Origin: Chrysomallon squamiferum
Lineage: Eukaryota; Animalia; Mollusca
Direction of reading: 5' to 3'
Length of the DNA stretch: 64,000 nucleotides
NCBI GenBank assembly: GCA_012295275.1
Contig: CM022676.1
Coordinates: forward strand, 14,880,001-14,944,000
In this document: one piece after another, positions 1 to 14,227 of the stretch
How positions within the stretch are numbered: position 1 is the first letter of the stretch
Layout of the letters: the number at the start of each line of letters is the position of its first letter
The notes under the pieces: generated by a model
What the model saw: only the letters and a program-made list of their open reading frames with translations
Told to the model about the DNA's origin: nothing
Database searches by the model: none
Translations under genes and position numbers: made by a program

Positions 1-1187
1 AAATATGTTCGTTTTACACAACCACTAACTAAAGGCTGACCGCTGTGCATTAATTACTTGCTGATAAAGTTTGTTTTGTATAATGCAGTGATGCTTCCGG
101 GTTCAGTTCGGGAGACGTGTTTTCTCCAGTAATTCATGAAACATGGTTAACGTTAAAACCTAAAAACATTTTGTATACATTTTTGGCGGTGTTCAGCTAT
201 TACTCGTCATATATTGGCTATATTCCGAATTTTAATTTTAAAATTAATTATTTTTTAAACATAATCCAGATTGATAATTATATATAATGAACAAAACTGG
301 TCACATGTAAATTGTAATGATGTATTTTTTATATAAATAAACAAATAAACAAGAACAATTTTGATGTTTTGGACGGTGTTTTGGACGGTGTTTGATATAG
401 TGCTGTTTTAACAGGACTAAAGACCTCAGGTTTACTACTGTTAGATTATTATTATTATTATTATTATTATTATAGCAGATAAACTAATAGTGACAGTGTT
501 TCTACAGTTCACACTAAGTATGTTGATAAACTTGTAGTGAAAATATTTCTAGTAGTTTAGAGTAAGACAGTTGCTAGTAGTGAAAACTGGCAGTTAGTTA
601 TTTCATCAGAAGACTGGAAGGAAGAAACAACAATACATCCTTTAAGCTTAGAATCAGATTTATTTACTATTCTACAATGTTGTATACAGGTCTGTGAACA
701 CTAATATGATGTGATGGATTTTCTATTGTACTGAAAATGATTTTAAGAAACTTAACAAGGTATGTTAATTCTCAGTTATTTCATGCAGCTATTTTTACTT
801 CTTTTCTCCATTTTTTATTAAAATATAACTAAAATGAATTTAGTTTTAAGGTGTTTTCACTTTACAGAAATATACAGGGACCAAAATATGTAAGTAAACC
901 CTATCAGTTTTGTATCTATGTATGTGTGTGTGTTTTTATTAGTATGTGTAAAGTGTGACTTACTTTTGTCTTAAAATGTAAATGGAGATGTGTAAATCTT
1001 AACTTAGAGAATTATAATTTGATTTAGATATCTTTGTTGATGTCTCTGAAATGTTATGAACTTGAGCTTAGAAGTAAAACACTTTGCTCTTTGTTCTAAG
1101 TTAATATAACACTATTAACAAAACTACTTGATCACACTCTAGTATTGACTGCTTTCTGATAAGAAGAAAGAAAGACTACTGCAGTTT

Positions 1188-1567
1188 ATGGAATGTGAAA
1201 CAGAAACTCAGATGACAGGTGTTAATCAAGGAGATTGTAAGTGAACAAATAAATATGAAATGCAGTATATAGCTCAGGTAAAACATTTGAAATTGTTTTC
1301 ATTTTATATGTAGTTTTCTATTAAAGAAATGTCATCAGTGGAATCTTATGAACATACACTTTTGTGATTTTTATTTTTGACAACTTGTATTTTTTATTCA
1401 CTCACATGCAGACAGTTGTATAGCAGCAGCAGGCAGCATCGGTGACATCGGCAGTTAATGTGATACAGTGTCCTGATCAGACAACAACTGCATTGCAAGC
1501 AGCCAGTGTCATTCAGTCCCAGCCACTTGTACAGCAACCAGCAGCATCAGTGACATTGTTATTGTAA
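1188..1567 (+). pseudogene. Decayed fragment resembling the N-terminal Q-rich region of a CREB/CREM/ATF1-family factor (two exons, 1188-1236 and 1412-1567)
   Basis: GT-AG bounded segments translate as MECETETQMTGVNQGD / TVV*QQQAASVTSAVNVIQCPDQTTTALQAASVIQSQPLVQQPAASV. The NQG-TVV...VNVIQ.P.Q...SVIQ pattern resembles molluscan CREB1 N-termini as I recall them. There is an in-frame TAG and a 1-nt phase mismatch between the exons, and I saw no KID (RRPSY) or bZIP exon downstream. Confidence 0.4.
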
Positions 1568-2141
1568 CTGACACACCTGATATGTGATTTCTGAAATAAA
1601 TTAGGATAAAACAGACAAAGTTTGTTTGTGCTGGATAATGTAAACAGCAAACCAGTAGAGTTTAGAAGAAGGTGAGCTAAAAAATTAATTTTAATTATAT
1701 AGTTTTATTTTTAATTTATATGACTCTAGTTTAATAATAAAACTTTCTTGTATGTGTAAGGTTTCTATTTAGTGATGAAACTTCTTATTTATTAGATCAG
1801 GTCTGATTTCAGTTTTCTTCACAAAAGTTTATATATAAATACTAAGTTATCGTACTGTTTATAGCTTACTAATAATATCAGAAATCTTTAAAAGAAATGA
1901 CAGTCTTAAAATTAATTTGTTATTTTATCTGTGTAAGATTTTTCCTTTTCTCTGTTTTGTTTTAAAATGTCAAAATTAAAATTTGTCATGAGCAGTCTGA
2001 GATGGCCATTACATCTACATGTTAAAAACAGAACAAATCATTTGATAAAATTTTAAAATTTTCTTTAAAAAATCTTAAATATTCAATTATTATATTCCAA
2101 ATTCATATGTCGTTTCTGCAATAACAGTGTAACAATTTAAA

Positions 2142-2190
<49 letters not shown>

Positions 2191-3384
2191 ACTAAGTTGT
2201 AATGAAACAAAATAATAATAAATAAAAAAACTAAAAAAACACTTTCACAATTTCACATTAAATAATTAAGATATGGCAACCAGAATATTTGAAATAAATA
2301 AAGTTAAAAAGTATAGTTTAGTTTAATTATTGAAACATTAGTCTTGATTATTACAGTAAAGTTATTAATAACTAGTCAGTAAGAAAAATAAAACCAAACA
2401 TCTACATTTAGTACCAAAAATAAACATTTGAAATACCTGACATTAAAATTTAAATTATGCAAATAATCATTTTAACTAGGGAATAATAATAAAATAATGA
2501 GTAATTCCTACCCCCAAAAACCAACATTATCACATTAACTAACAACTTATCTCCCCTTAGACCAGCATCATAAATTAGTACATGTAAGTAACATGTAAAT
2601 ACATTTATTTAATAAAAATGACTGCAGTAAATACATTAGACATGTAATGACTTGATTAAAATGTTTGTATTGATAACTGTTGTTAATCAGTTAAATTTTA
2701 AAAACAAAGTGGAAAAAACAATAATAATAAAACGATGATTTACAGGTTCCAAACTGTTTTTCTATCTTACCTATGTAATAATAATAATAATAATAACAAT
2801 AATAATATATTTTTATAAAATATTAATTTAGATAAATGATGATAAAATTTCTACATATTCATGATATTGTCATATATCTTACCACTACCAATAGTACCAG
2901 GCTGAATGTTTTCAATTTGTTTGTAACAAAACAAAATCACATTTCAGAATTTTACTTTGGAGACTGTTCTTACTCACAGGGAACTGTCGTTTTCAATAAG
3001 TTGCACTATACTGGCGCCATCTTGGACATTTTGTAAGCATGTTTGGTGAAGCGTCAGGTTGTACAAGTGTTCTCAAAATAGCCAACTGTTTATAACAAGA
3101 ATCTACATAAACTAAATTATCTCATCTTGATACTGGGACTATGACTTGAGAGAAAATAATGATTTTGACTCAGTTTCTCAGCTAACTCACTAAATGATTG
3201 TTTTCACTTTCGACATCCAAGACAGCATAACAATGGGATCAAAATGATATATGTCATTGACATTTAATGTAGATATATTTTTAATTATTTAATCTGTCAT
3301 CTGTGTAAGACTTCAAATAAATGCAGAAAGAATTGTTTTAGGCAACCCGAATTATTCTGAAAAAAAAATAATGATAATAATAAC

Positions 3385-3433
<49 letters not shown>

Positions 3434-4183
3434 GATATCATAATCTATTTAATGTTGTTAAATCAAGAAGTTAAATCAAAATGCAAACACCAACAACTAA
3501 CCTTAAATGAATTCTAAGATATTCTGAACATGCGTTATCACATAGAATATAAGATAAGAATATTTTTGCAAGATAAATAATGAAACAACTAGACATGAAG
3601 AAATCTTAAATATCTGGGCAAAATTATTTGTATCAAATGTAAGTATGTCACATCTATTTAGGGTTTGCAATTTAGTAATCATGCATATTTCTTACTATAA
3701 TATTTATATGACAATAATTGCATACTAGGAATGGGCAAGACATATTTGTAACATTTTTAATATTATCAATTTTTTTTGTACTTGTTTATTTTATTTATTT
3801 ATTTTTTTGTGCTAGTTTATTTTATTTTATCTATTTATATTTTTGTTTGTGCTTATTAATTTTATTATTATTATTACACTACATTTTTAACGATCCGAGG
3901 TATAACGTTTCTTGTCCCCAGTACTATTAACACACTATTTCTATCTGACCTAAATACAGACACTTGTTATCAGCAGACACGTTTATTAACAGCGACACCC
4001 ATAAATTATTTCAGTGACGTGTTGTCAGCTCCAGTAAAAATACTCAAAAACAAGGACGTATTTTGTGTAAGCAGACAGCCATTTTGAGATTTTAAGGTAG
4101 TTTGCATTTCATTGTGATTTAATATATACCGTGCTATTATTTGCTTAAAATAAATCAACAGTACTGAACATATAATATGTTTT

Positions 4184-4214
<31 letters not shown>

Positions 4215-4565
4215 GATTCCTCACGTCAGTGATCTATAGAAAAACCTTCAAACAGCAATTATTCCCTTCTACGAAATTCTCGACCAGGAAGTTTTTAAAG
4301 GTAAGCAGCCATTTTAGTAATAGTAGTAGTTATAATAATAGCCATAGATGTAATAGTAGAAGTCCCAGTAGTAATTGTAGTAGAAGTAGTAGTAGATGTT
4401 TTAGTAATTGAAATAGTAGTAGTTTTTGTGTTCTTACACAGATTCCATTATCATCACCATTATCATAACCATCATTCTAATATAGTCGTATGTACTTTTA
4501 GCGGCTTATTCTATATTTTTACCTCTCTGTTATTTTATTTTATTTTATTTATTTTATTTATTTGT

Positions 4566-4600
<35 letters not shown>

Positions 4601-5201
4601 TTTGTTTGTCAGTTTATTATAGGTTAAGATCTCTGTTGTGATGGCATTAAGGTTAGGGTGATGGTATTAGGATAATAATACACTTTGAGATCAAATTATG
4701 ATGATGTTTATCAGTGGTTCAGATGGACAGATGTAGAGATAGGATTCAGGTAAGTAATATCACAAACGTTGTATTTAGAGTTAATTTAGGTTTGGTATTT
4801 GTGTTGGTTTAAGGGGAATTTAACGTTAAGATTACTAATTCCTGTAAACAGTTTCATGTATAAATAATATCCTGTTTAAACACTATGCCGAATAAAGAGC
4901 ATCCTGTACGATTCATCAATCTGTGAAAGAGAAAAACCTGTTTGTAAACAACATTACAACTAACTAAACACCCTCTTCTGCCAATCTCTTACAACCCTCT
5001 TTGTTTCTGCAATGACGTATTTTCTACACTATTTGTGTTCACCCTGTAGCGCTCTCTTTATCTGTATTGTCAATAAGTGTCTTAATACTGAACCAGACTA
5101 TTTTAAAAACGTTACTATTAATGAAAGTGTCCTAAAGGCTAGTATGAATAATATAAGTTATAACTTCGCTGGTTTTTATAGTTTTCTATTTTTTATATTT
5201 A

Positions 5202-5239
<38 letters not shown>

Positions 5240-7646
5240 AATATTTTTTATTTTTTATTTTTTATTTTTTGTATTCACTGGTTTATATCGTGATGGTTCT
5301 TCATATGTCTTTACAACAGTACACAGTTTCAAGACGTAATTGTTTAAAATAGGAAATTTGTTAATAATAATAGCATCTAAACCAATTAAAAAGAGAAAAA
5401 CTAGTATACTGCTTAAAGAGAGCCAATGGTTGATACATGTTACCCTGTTCATCCAATCGTCTATATAAAATACCACTTCCTGCAAATTGGAAAGAAGTAC
5501 ACTTGATATGGGGACTGCAGATTTACTCTCATTTTATTTCAGCAGTCTTTAAAACAGCAAGTTTTAAACACACAAATCAGTAAACAAAATGTGTTTACAG
5601 TGTCGTTAATTAAAATATTTATTTCACCCTGCCTTCCTTCTTTATTTTATTTTTTCTCTTTTTGTCATTTCTTCATTCTTCTCTATCGTTTAATCTAACT
5701 TTCGTATCGGTTAGTTATCCGTTCCAACAACTGTGTAAAATATTATTCCATTTGCTTTCACCTACAATGGCAAACATAAAAAACATTACCGCTGTTACAG
5801 TTGCAGATGTGACAAGCAACCTGATCATTACAGTTCGAGATTTTTTAAAAGACACGAAAACTATAATGTAGACCCGGACTTGAAAAGTATGTTGTATGAC
5901 AACGAAGTTTTACTTTCCACCAAATTTATTGTCTTTATCGTCATTATTAAGATTATATATCTTCTCACAATTTAAATAATTTCACACGTTTTCTGTTTAT
6001 TTCTACACGTATGCGCAGACACTGTATTAACAATGAATTTGTCAGATCGTTGTAAGTAACACCCAGCTATAGCTTTGTTCTCGTGTGACACACTGTTTTT
6101 ATCTGACCTACATAAGAAACAAACAATCACGTGTTAGCTGTATCTTGATAGACTGGTGACGTTAGTATCGTCAGAGAAATAGGACATGCACACGATAAAA
6201 TTAGTATGCTGCTGCTACTGTTGTTGTTGTTGTTGTTGTTCTCTTTCTTTTTCTTCTTCTTCTTATTATTACTATATATATATATATATGTGTGTGTGTA
6301 TGTGTGTGTGTGTGTGTTACATCTGATTGATATGTGTATTATTCCTCCAGAAAAAAAAATATACTGATTGTAATATGTAAATAAATACATTTGTAGCAGT
6401 AGTAACAATAATATTAGTGCCACTTGTAATGGTAGCAGTAGGTTTAATAGTGGAAGTGGCAGCTGCAGTAGTTGTAGTAGCAGCATAGGAGTAGCAGCCG
6501 TTGTTCCGAGAGTATTATTATTAGTTGTGTTAAAATAATTCCATTATTATTGTTGTTCCTGTTGTTGTTGTTGTCATCGTCAGTATTATCATAATCGTCA
6601 TCATTCTAATATAGTCCTATGAATTATTTGTAGCTTATGCCATATTGTTATCCTTCTGAATATTTAATTTCATTTATTTATTTATTTATATGCTCATTTT
6701 ATTAATTAATTAGTTAATCCATTCTATTTATTCATTTATTTATTTATTTATTTATTGACATGATATCTCATTGATCAATAGTAGAACAATTAAACAGAAA
6801 GTACTCGCTTCTAAGAAATTACCGATCATAGTTGGCACCGATATAGTTCTAAACTAATAGTTACACTTGTGTTTCCGCTTTTTCTTTTAAATTTTTGTTG
6901 TTGTTCTTGTTGTTGTTGTCGCTGTTGTTGTTTTTGTTTTTTATATACATTTTATAACATAAATGTAAACAATGTTATGTAATAGGACTACCTAAAATTA
7001 ATAGTTCTGCTTTGAGATAAAATGTGTCTAAGATGAGTGTACATGTCTCATAGCATGATTTGTTTATTTTAATCTCACGTTCAAACCTAAGAAGTGACAC
7101 TTGATGACGTGTAAGATATTTGACGTCAGTAACATGTTTATCAGTGCAGCAGTCTGATAACCAAAAGTAAACAAAGCAGAAGTGAAACAAGTCGGCCATA
7201 TTGAAAGCGAATTCTGTATTATATTGTACTATCGTTTAACGATTCGAGTGATCTTAGTTTGATTATTTTTAGTTCTCTAACAAATACATCATTATAGTGT
7301 GAGGTGTTCTTTTATGTTAACATGGAAAACGTTACGTAAAGCCTGACTTGAAAATGTGTTGTCAGATAGCGAAATTGTATTTACGATTCTGGTGCATGAA
7401 TCTTACGTATGAAGAATTTAATAATATTATTATCTAATGTTTTCTGTATTATTTTTCTATTTCCTTTCTATTTGGTTTATTGGAACTAATTCGGTTGTTA
7501 TTGTTGTGTTTGTATGTAGTGTCCTTATTGAAATTATTTATCTTCTCACAATATAGACAAAGGCACAATGTATTAACAATGAATTTGTCACATCGTTCTA
7601 AATATCACAAGAGCATAAACATTTTAAACTTATCTTCAGTATATTT

Positions 7647-7677
<31 letters not shown>

Positions 7678-8369
7678 TATTACTACTACTACTACTACTA
7701 CTACTAGTACTACTACTACCACTACTACAACCCCATTAGTTATTATTTATCGGCGGCTTTTGATATATGTTAGCTATTTTATTTTTAGATCGGTTATACC
7801 TGCACTCTACAGTTGAGGTTAAACAGAAAGTAGTCGCGTATCCGAAATTATCGATCAGAAACTTTTGAGGTAGGTATCCATATTGAAATTACAACGAATT
7901 TTATATTGTTTCTACTATAGAAACATTGCATCGTGTTCCCTTAATTTGCTTATTTTCTTACATTTTTCTCACATAATTTTTCTATTTAGATGTGTCATTG
8001 ATGGATAATTTTCTTGTCTTTCGAGGAGTAAAATCATATAAATATCCATAAGGACATTGCAATTTGAAAACCGTTTGTCCCACAGTGAAATAGTATTTAT
8101 CTGACTGTGACCAGATGATAATGATAATAATAATTAATGTTGTTGTCGTCGTCAACATCATAATAATCGCTTGTATAAGCATAAACCGTTTCTTTTTATC
8201 TTTTATCGATTTGCTATATATTTATCTATCCTTTTTCTTTTTTCTTTAATCTTATTATTTGTTTGCTCTAAGAATTGTTACAGTTCTGTCTGTACAATTT
8301 CTTTTTCCCTTTCTATTATTATTATTATTATTATTATCATTATTATTATCGTTTGTTTGTAGTGAAAAC

Positions 8370-9877
8370 ATGGCCACATCAGCTGAAATCACAAGTTGGC
8401 AGACAGGGAAGAAATTAACTCAGTGTATTGAACACGTTTTTCGTACGAAAGCTGACAGTGATATCAGATTTCTAGTGGGAGAAAATAAAACGACAATTGA
8501 TGCGCATCGTTTCATACTCATGATTCGAAGCGAAGTTTTCCATCAAATGTTCTGTGGAGAACTTCGCGAACAAAGGAATATAGTTGTACCGGATGTGAAG
8601 GCAGAAATCTTCTCAGAATTTCTAAAGTATGTTAAAACACACACACACATACCACACACACACACATGGAAACACACGTAACAACACAGTGTGGAAGAGA
8701 GACATACATACAGACAGAAACATTGATAACAATACAGTTTTTGTTAGTAATCTAATTATTTTCTAATTAATTGATCTCACTTAGTTATCTCACATTTTAA
8801 AGTCTTACTCTACTTCTTTTACACAGATATCTTTACACGGATGACGTCGTCCTAACAGGCGACAACGTCACCGGTCTGCTGTATCTATCGAGGAAGTACA
8901 TCATCACAACACTTGAAGATGAATGCACACATTATTTGGAGTCGTCGCTGTCGTCACGGAATGCGTGCGTCGTGCTGGAACAAGCTCACCTGTTTGATGA
9001 ACATGATCTAAGGAGAAAAAGTCTGGAATACATTTTGAAAAATGGCGACGAAGTTTTGAAGTCGGATGAAGTCACCGATCTTTGTCACGAATGTCTGGTT
9101 GAGATCGTACGATCAGACGAACTGACAGCAGACGAGAAAAATGTTTTTGAAGCCGCTGTGAAGTGGGCTGACAGCGCGTGCAGGAAGCAAGGGAAGTCGA
9201 CGAGTGAAAAAAACATGCGCGAAGCACTGGGAGAGGTCGTGAAGCACGTGCGTTATCCATTACTCGATCAGATGTATTTTGTAAAACACGTGACACCCAC
9301 TCACATACTCACTGCGATAGAAGAGTGCAAGATTTTGAAACACTTGGTGAGCAGTGATGAAGATGTTTCCCCTTTTAACTCAAACATGAGAACTGCAGTG
9401 ATTCCTAAAACACAGATTACAATAAACAGGTTTGGTACGTATGGTTGCTGGTTGTCATCTTCTGGTAAAGAAGACGACGCCATTACTTTCTCTGTAAACA
9501 AAAACGCTTTACTTCGCGGATTTCAGTTGTACGGTTACGATGATCCACAAAACTACGACGTCAGCGCCTTCGTCACTGACACAAGAACAGACGAAATACT
9601 GGACGAGTCTACACTGACGCAGAGATATGAACACGTGTCTGACGTGTACGACGTCGTGTTCAGTCGTCCAGTGAAGATTACTAAAGACACTGAGTACAGC
9701 TTGTTTGTTCATGTTAAGGGAGGAAACACATGGGGTGGATATCAAGGTAAATCAGAAATTGTTGTAGACTCTTTTGTTTGTACATTTTCTGAGTCACACA
9801 AATCTAAACACAGTGACAGACAACTTCGTACGGATGTGACAGAAGGACAAATACCTGCTTTGTTATTTTTAGTGTGA
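8370..9877 (+). CDS. BTB/POZ-BACK-PHR domain protein (BTBD1/2/3/6-like Cullin-3 adaptor family), 435 aa; coding exons 8370-8626 and 8827-9877
   Basis: ATG 8370 follows a TAG acceptor. BTB motifs SDIRFLVG..IDAHRFILMIRSEVFHQMFCGEL..IVVPDV..F..FLK|YLYTD span a phase-2 GT-AG intron. BACK region (EKNVFEAAVKWA..HVRYPLL) and PHR C-terminus (INRF..DAITFSVNK..GFQLYG..TDVTEGQIPALLF*) follow. The spliced frame is open (257+1051 nt). Confidence 0.93.
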
Positions 9878-9990
9878 AAAACCATCGTTCAAATACTGTC
9901 ACTTTTAGTCATCAATGTGATCATATTTTTATTTTATTTATTTGTTTATTTACTTATTTACTTATTTTTGTTTACATTTTATATTTTTGA

Positions 9991-10017
9991 TGACGTCAGG
10001 CAGCAGTGATGACGTCA
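9991..10017. promoter_or_regulatory. Pair of perfect palindromic CRE sites (TGACGTCA) just 3' of the BTB gene; another at 7121-7128 upstream of it
   Basis: TGACGTCA at 9991-9998 and 10010-10017 in CpG-poor sequence. Function is not shown. Confidence 0.3.
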
Positions 10018-10995
10018 TACACACTTTATTTGAAAGTTTCTAATCCACTGGCTTCTGTCAAACAGACACGTGTATAATGTACATAAACAACTCATTGCTT
10101 TATTTATTTCTTTAATATAGATTGTTTGATTACTTAATGTATTTTTTAAACTGTGATATAATAGAGGAAATATGTTACCTAAATATGTTAATTCTATATT
10201 CGAAAATAGTATTATATTTATATATATGTAATTTGTTTTTCTTTGTTCATGGATGTCTTATTATTGAATATGCGTAAATATGTAGTATTTATTAGAGACC
10301 TAGGGGCATTTTATTTTAGTTTAAATATGTAAATTTTATATCATTCAGTATTCACTAAACGGGAGTCAAAATAACTTAATTATTTTTGTAATTATTTTGT
10401 TTCCGTCTTCCATCTCTAAATTGATTGCCATGAATTACAAAGTATCTGTAAATGCCTAAATAAGATTAGTCTATAAACAAATATTATAAATTCTGTGTTT
10501 AGATTTTGTCACAAATCAAATAAAATACTGTTACCCTTTTATCGTTTTTAAAACTAATATGAAGATAAATTATGTGTTTACTGTTTGTTAGACATGAACT
10601 TAAGAACTGGTATTTGATTCATTTATCTGTGTTCTTTTATTTAGATTTATGTAAAACAGATATGCTAGTAAATTATATTATATACAATATTCATTAGACA
10701 TAACATTAGAAGTTGTCAGTTTGTTTATACATAAAATTATAATTTGTTCTTAATTTTTTAATTCGTTAAAAATCTAAACACAAAATATAGAGGTATAGAA
10801 ATAAATGTTTTAATTATATTTGTTTGGTTCATGTCATCTTTTTCTCTTCTGGGTAGAAAGAATATATGGTGTAAGAGAAATTCAAGTGAAAAGCTTTCAA
10901 ATAAAACAAAAAAAACAACAAAAGGCACTGGTTGGATTGGGAGATAAGCAAACTCAGACATTAAATAGATTTTACAACTCTGTACATCATGCCTC

Positions 10996-11040
<45 letters not shown>

Positions 11041-11181
11041 GAGTTCTGTTATTAGAATTATTATTATTATCATCATCATTATCATCATCTTTGTTTATAT
11101 ATATATGTGTATTTGGTTATTTCTGTTTTCCATATATTTTGTTCCATATATTACAAAGTTAGGTATGTTGTGCTGATTGCA

Positions 11182-11360
11182 TGTTCTTATTACACTCTGA
11201 CAGGTCAGTGGTTCAATTCTTGTCTGTGTAATAAACTTACTACACAAACGTGTTGTATGTAACAAGTGAACTAATGTTCTTATTACACACTGACAGGTCA
11301 GTGGTTCAATCCTGTGAGTGTGACTAAAGTTACTACACAAGGATGTGTTGTATGTAGCAA
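11182..11360. repeat. Two-copy tandem duplication of ~93 bp
   Basis: tgttcttattacac.ctgacaggtcagtggttcaat...ttactacacaa..gtgttgtatgta.caa occurs at ~11182 and ~11275. Confidence 0.85.
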
Positions 11361-13179
11361 ATAGTATTTATCATATAATAGTCATTGTAATGACATATAA
11401 AAGTAACAAACAAATTTTGTTTATTTTTGTTTTCAACCGCTTCATTTTTCTTTATTTCATTCAATATTCATTCAATATTCATTCATCCATCAAATCAGAT
11501 ACATGTACATGTAGCGTTAGAATTAAGATAATGATTATTTTACTTTTAGAATTACAGTTTAAACTTGAATTAGGCTAAGAACTGTCGAAAGATGACAGAA
11601 GGGTTAGTGCAATAGTCAGGTTCTTTCGCTAAATGCAGTTCATTCAGTGGAAATATTAGTGGTGGGCTCAGATTACATTTAATCCTATGATTAGATTTAA
11701 GGTTAGTGTTATGGTTTCATTCGGGATTATTGAAAATATTAAGACCAGAATAATAGCTAATTCAGCATTAAGTAAGGATTAAGGTTAGGTTTACCATCTT
11801 CTGTGACTTAGGATTAGTCTTTTCCTAGGGTTAGCTTTCAGGTAATGATATATCACTGGACCATCCAGCAAATAACAGTGTTCATAAAAGTGTTCTAAAA
11901 CACACCTAGGATCAAAATCTAAACTGTTTTGTCACTCCGCTAGTCACAGAGACTTAAATACTTTTACTGTGCAACTTAAAACTGGTTTCATGTCAGCTCA
12001 CATATGAACAATTTAAGTAAAAATAACAAAATCTTGAAAAACATTTAATAATCTTAGGAAAACACCAATTATGAGTGTAATTTAGATTCCTGATGAATAA
12101 AATTTATTCTCTCTGAGTCAGACTTTAGATTAACGTTCTAGACCAATGGAATATGTTTACACTAAAATGAGAATCTACTCAACTGTGTTAACAGTTGTGT
12201 AATTATCACCAGTGCACAGAAATGTGGAAGTAAAAAATACTCTGTGAAAAGTACACTGTCCTTAAAAAGAAATTAACACATCTGAACATAATAATAATAA
12301 TAGCAATAATAACAACAACAACAACAGTAACATCAATAATTGTAATAATAACAATAACAATAACAATAATAATAATAAATGATAATAAGCTGTAAATAAA
12401 AAAAATAAAAATAAATTAGCATTAACAGGAAAATGAAAAGAAAATAACAGGAAACAGATTAGCAACAACAGCATAAAAAACAACAACTGTAAAATGATAA
12501 TAATATAAAAAGAAGAAGAAAGACATGTTAAAATGGACATTTATTTTATCAAAGTTTATAATATTTTCAATTAAATGAAGACACTAAGAAAAATATGTAT
12601 TAAGAAAAAAGCAGCAATCTGAATAAATTATGTTAAATCTTAGTTTCCCTTGACAACAAATATAAACTGAGACTGAAAATGACCATTCATAATAAATTTT
12701 CTATTTTATATTGATATTTCTTTCACAATTTTTACTCAGTCTTCACAGCAAAAACTATTTTTTTAAGACAGGAAGTTATTATTATTTTTATAATGTAAGT
12801 AATTGATTATACTTAGTCAGTGTATCCCTCCAATGGGACTAGGGTCCCCCACTTCAGGTCATATTTGATACATTCCATCTCCAATACAAATATTTCTTAT
12901 CAGTTTAGTAGTTGTTGTCCTGGTTCAGTAGTGAAAACTTTATCAGGATGTTTTCTTAAATCAGCTAAAACTCCTGAAAACTTAACAAATAAATAAATTA
13001 TAATACTAACCCTTTACACACAAACATACAGTTATACATACCCACCCAGACACTGACATCCTCCACATACACACACCTACCCACACAGAAACACACACAT
13101 ATACTAAAACAAATCACTATCAAGTTAATTGTTTTCTAAGTCAGTTATGAAATAACAGCAAACATATATAGAATTAGTC

Positions 13180-13350
13180 AGTGTGTGTGTGTGTGTTTAT
13201 AATATATATGTACATGGGTCTTTGTATGTATATGTAGTGTGTGTGTGTGTGTATAATATGTATGTACATGGCTGTTTGTATGTATATGTAGTGTGTGTGT
13301 GTGTATAATATGTATGTACATGGGTGTTTGTATGTATATGTAGTGTGCGT
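13180..13350. repeat. ~55 bp minisatellite, 3 copies, built on (GT)n/(TATG)n
   Basis: gtgtgtgtgtataatatgtatgtacatgg...tttgtatgtatatgta is repeated three times. Confidence 0.8.
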
Positions 13351-13923
13351 CTCTGTACATAAATATTAACAAATATGATTAAGCTGAGTATTATTGACTC
13401 ACTAGTATTATTTTATTATTAAGATATTCTAACAATTTCACATTTTATTACATAATGACAACCACAGAATAAATGTTAACTATTAAATTCACACCAAACA
13501 AATGTTGCTGCCCTTAGAATTTACATACTTAATTGAAAACAAAAGTTTAGAAGGTTTTGAAACTTTATCAGCAAATGCTTCAATAAAAAACAAACCAGAT
13601 TATGGGTAAATATAAAATAGTTGATGTGATGTTTTAATGAGATAGCCACACTTTGAAGATTCCAAAATAACGGCAATAAAACAAGTAATAATAAAATTAA
13701 CTGAAATAGCATTAACATATACAACAAGTAATAATAAACCTAACTGTGATAAGAATAACAAATGTAACTAATTTTTGTAATGACCGTAATACCAACAATC
13801 CAATAATAAAAAAATAAAACAAACAAAAGTTTCAATACAAATAGTGTAGTTCAAAAACCTACATTAATAAAACAGAAATTTGCTAAGGAAGATAACTCTA
13901 ATACATAAAATAAAATATGTTAC

Positions 13924-14041
13924 CTGCAGAAAACATAAGAACTGACTACAGAACCAGTGATGTTGCCATGGTGAGGAACAGTGCTGACACATGGAAGAGC
14001 ACTGCTGACTAAAATATTTCTTTTGCCATGTTGTAGATAAA
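13924..14041 (-). pseudogene. Isolated degenerate exon of cytoplasmic methionyl-tRNA synthetase (MARS1-like)
   Basis: A 118-nt minus-strand segment between a polypyrimidine/CAG acceptor and a CAG|GTAAC donor translates as [39 protein letters not shown]. This matches the MetRS Rossmann-fold start RN(I/V)[20 protein letters not shown](C/S)VLSADVF(A/C)R, with several conserved residues eroded. I recognised no other MetRS exons nearby. Confidence 0.8.
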
Positions 14042-14179
14042 CTGAGATAAATAAATAAATAAATAAATAAATAAGGAAACAGGTAAGTAAATATATAAAA
14101 TGAATAAATAAATAAAAGACAGTACATTTACATATACATACTGAAATGTACAGCTTGCTACATATGCAAATACACTCAC

Positions 14180-14227
<48 letters not shown>

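Noticed and set aside
1188-10017. Functional link between the CREB-like fragment and the many CRE sites in the window
   Set aside because: The fragment has no bZIP and is disrupted, so co-location is most simply coincidence.
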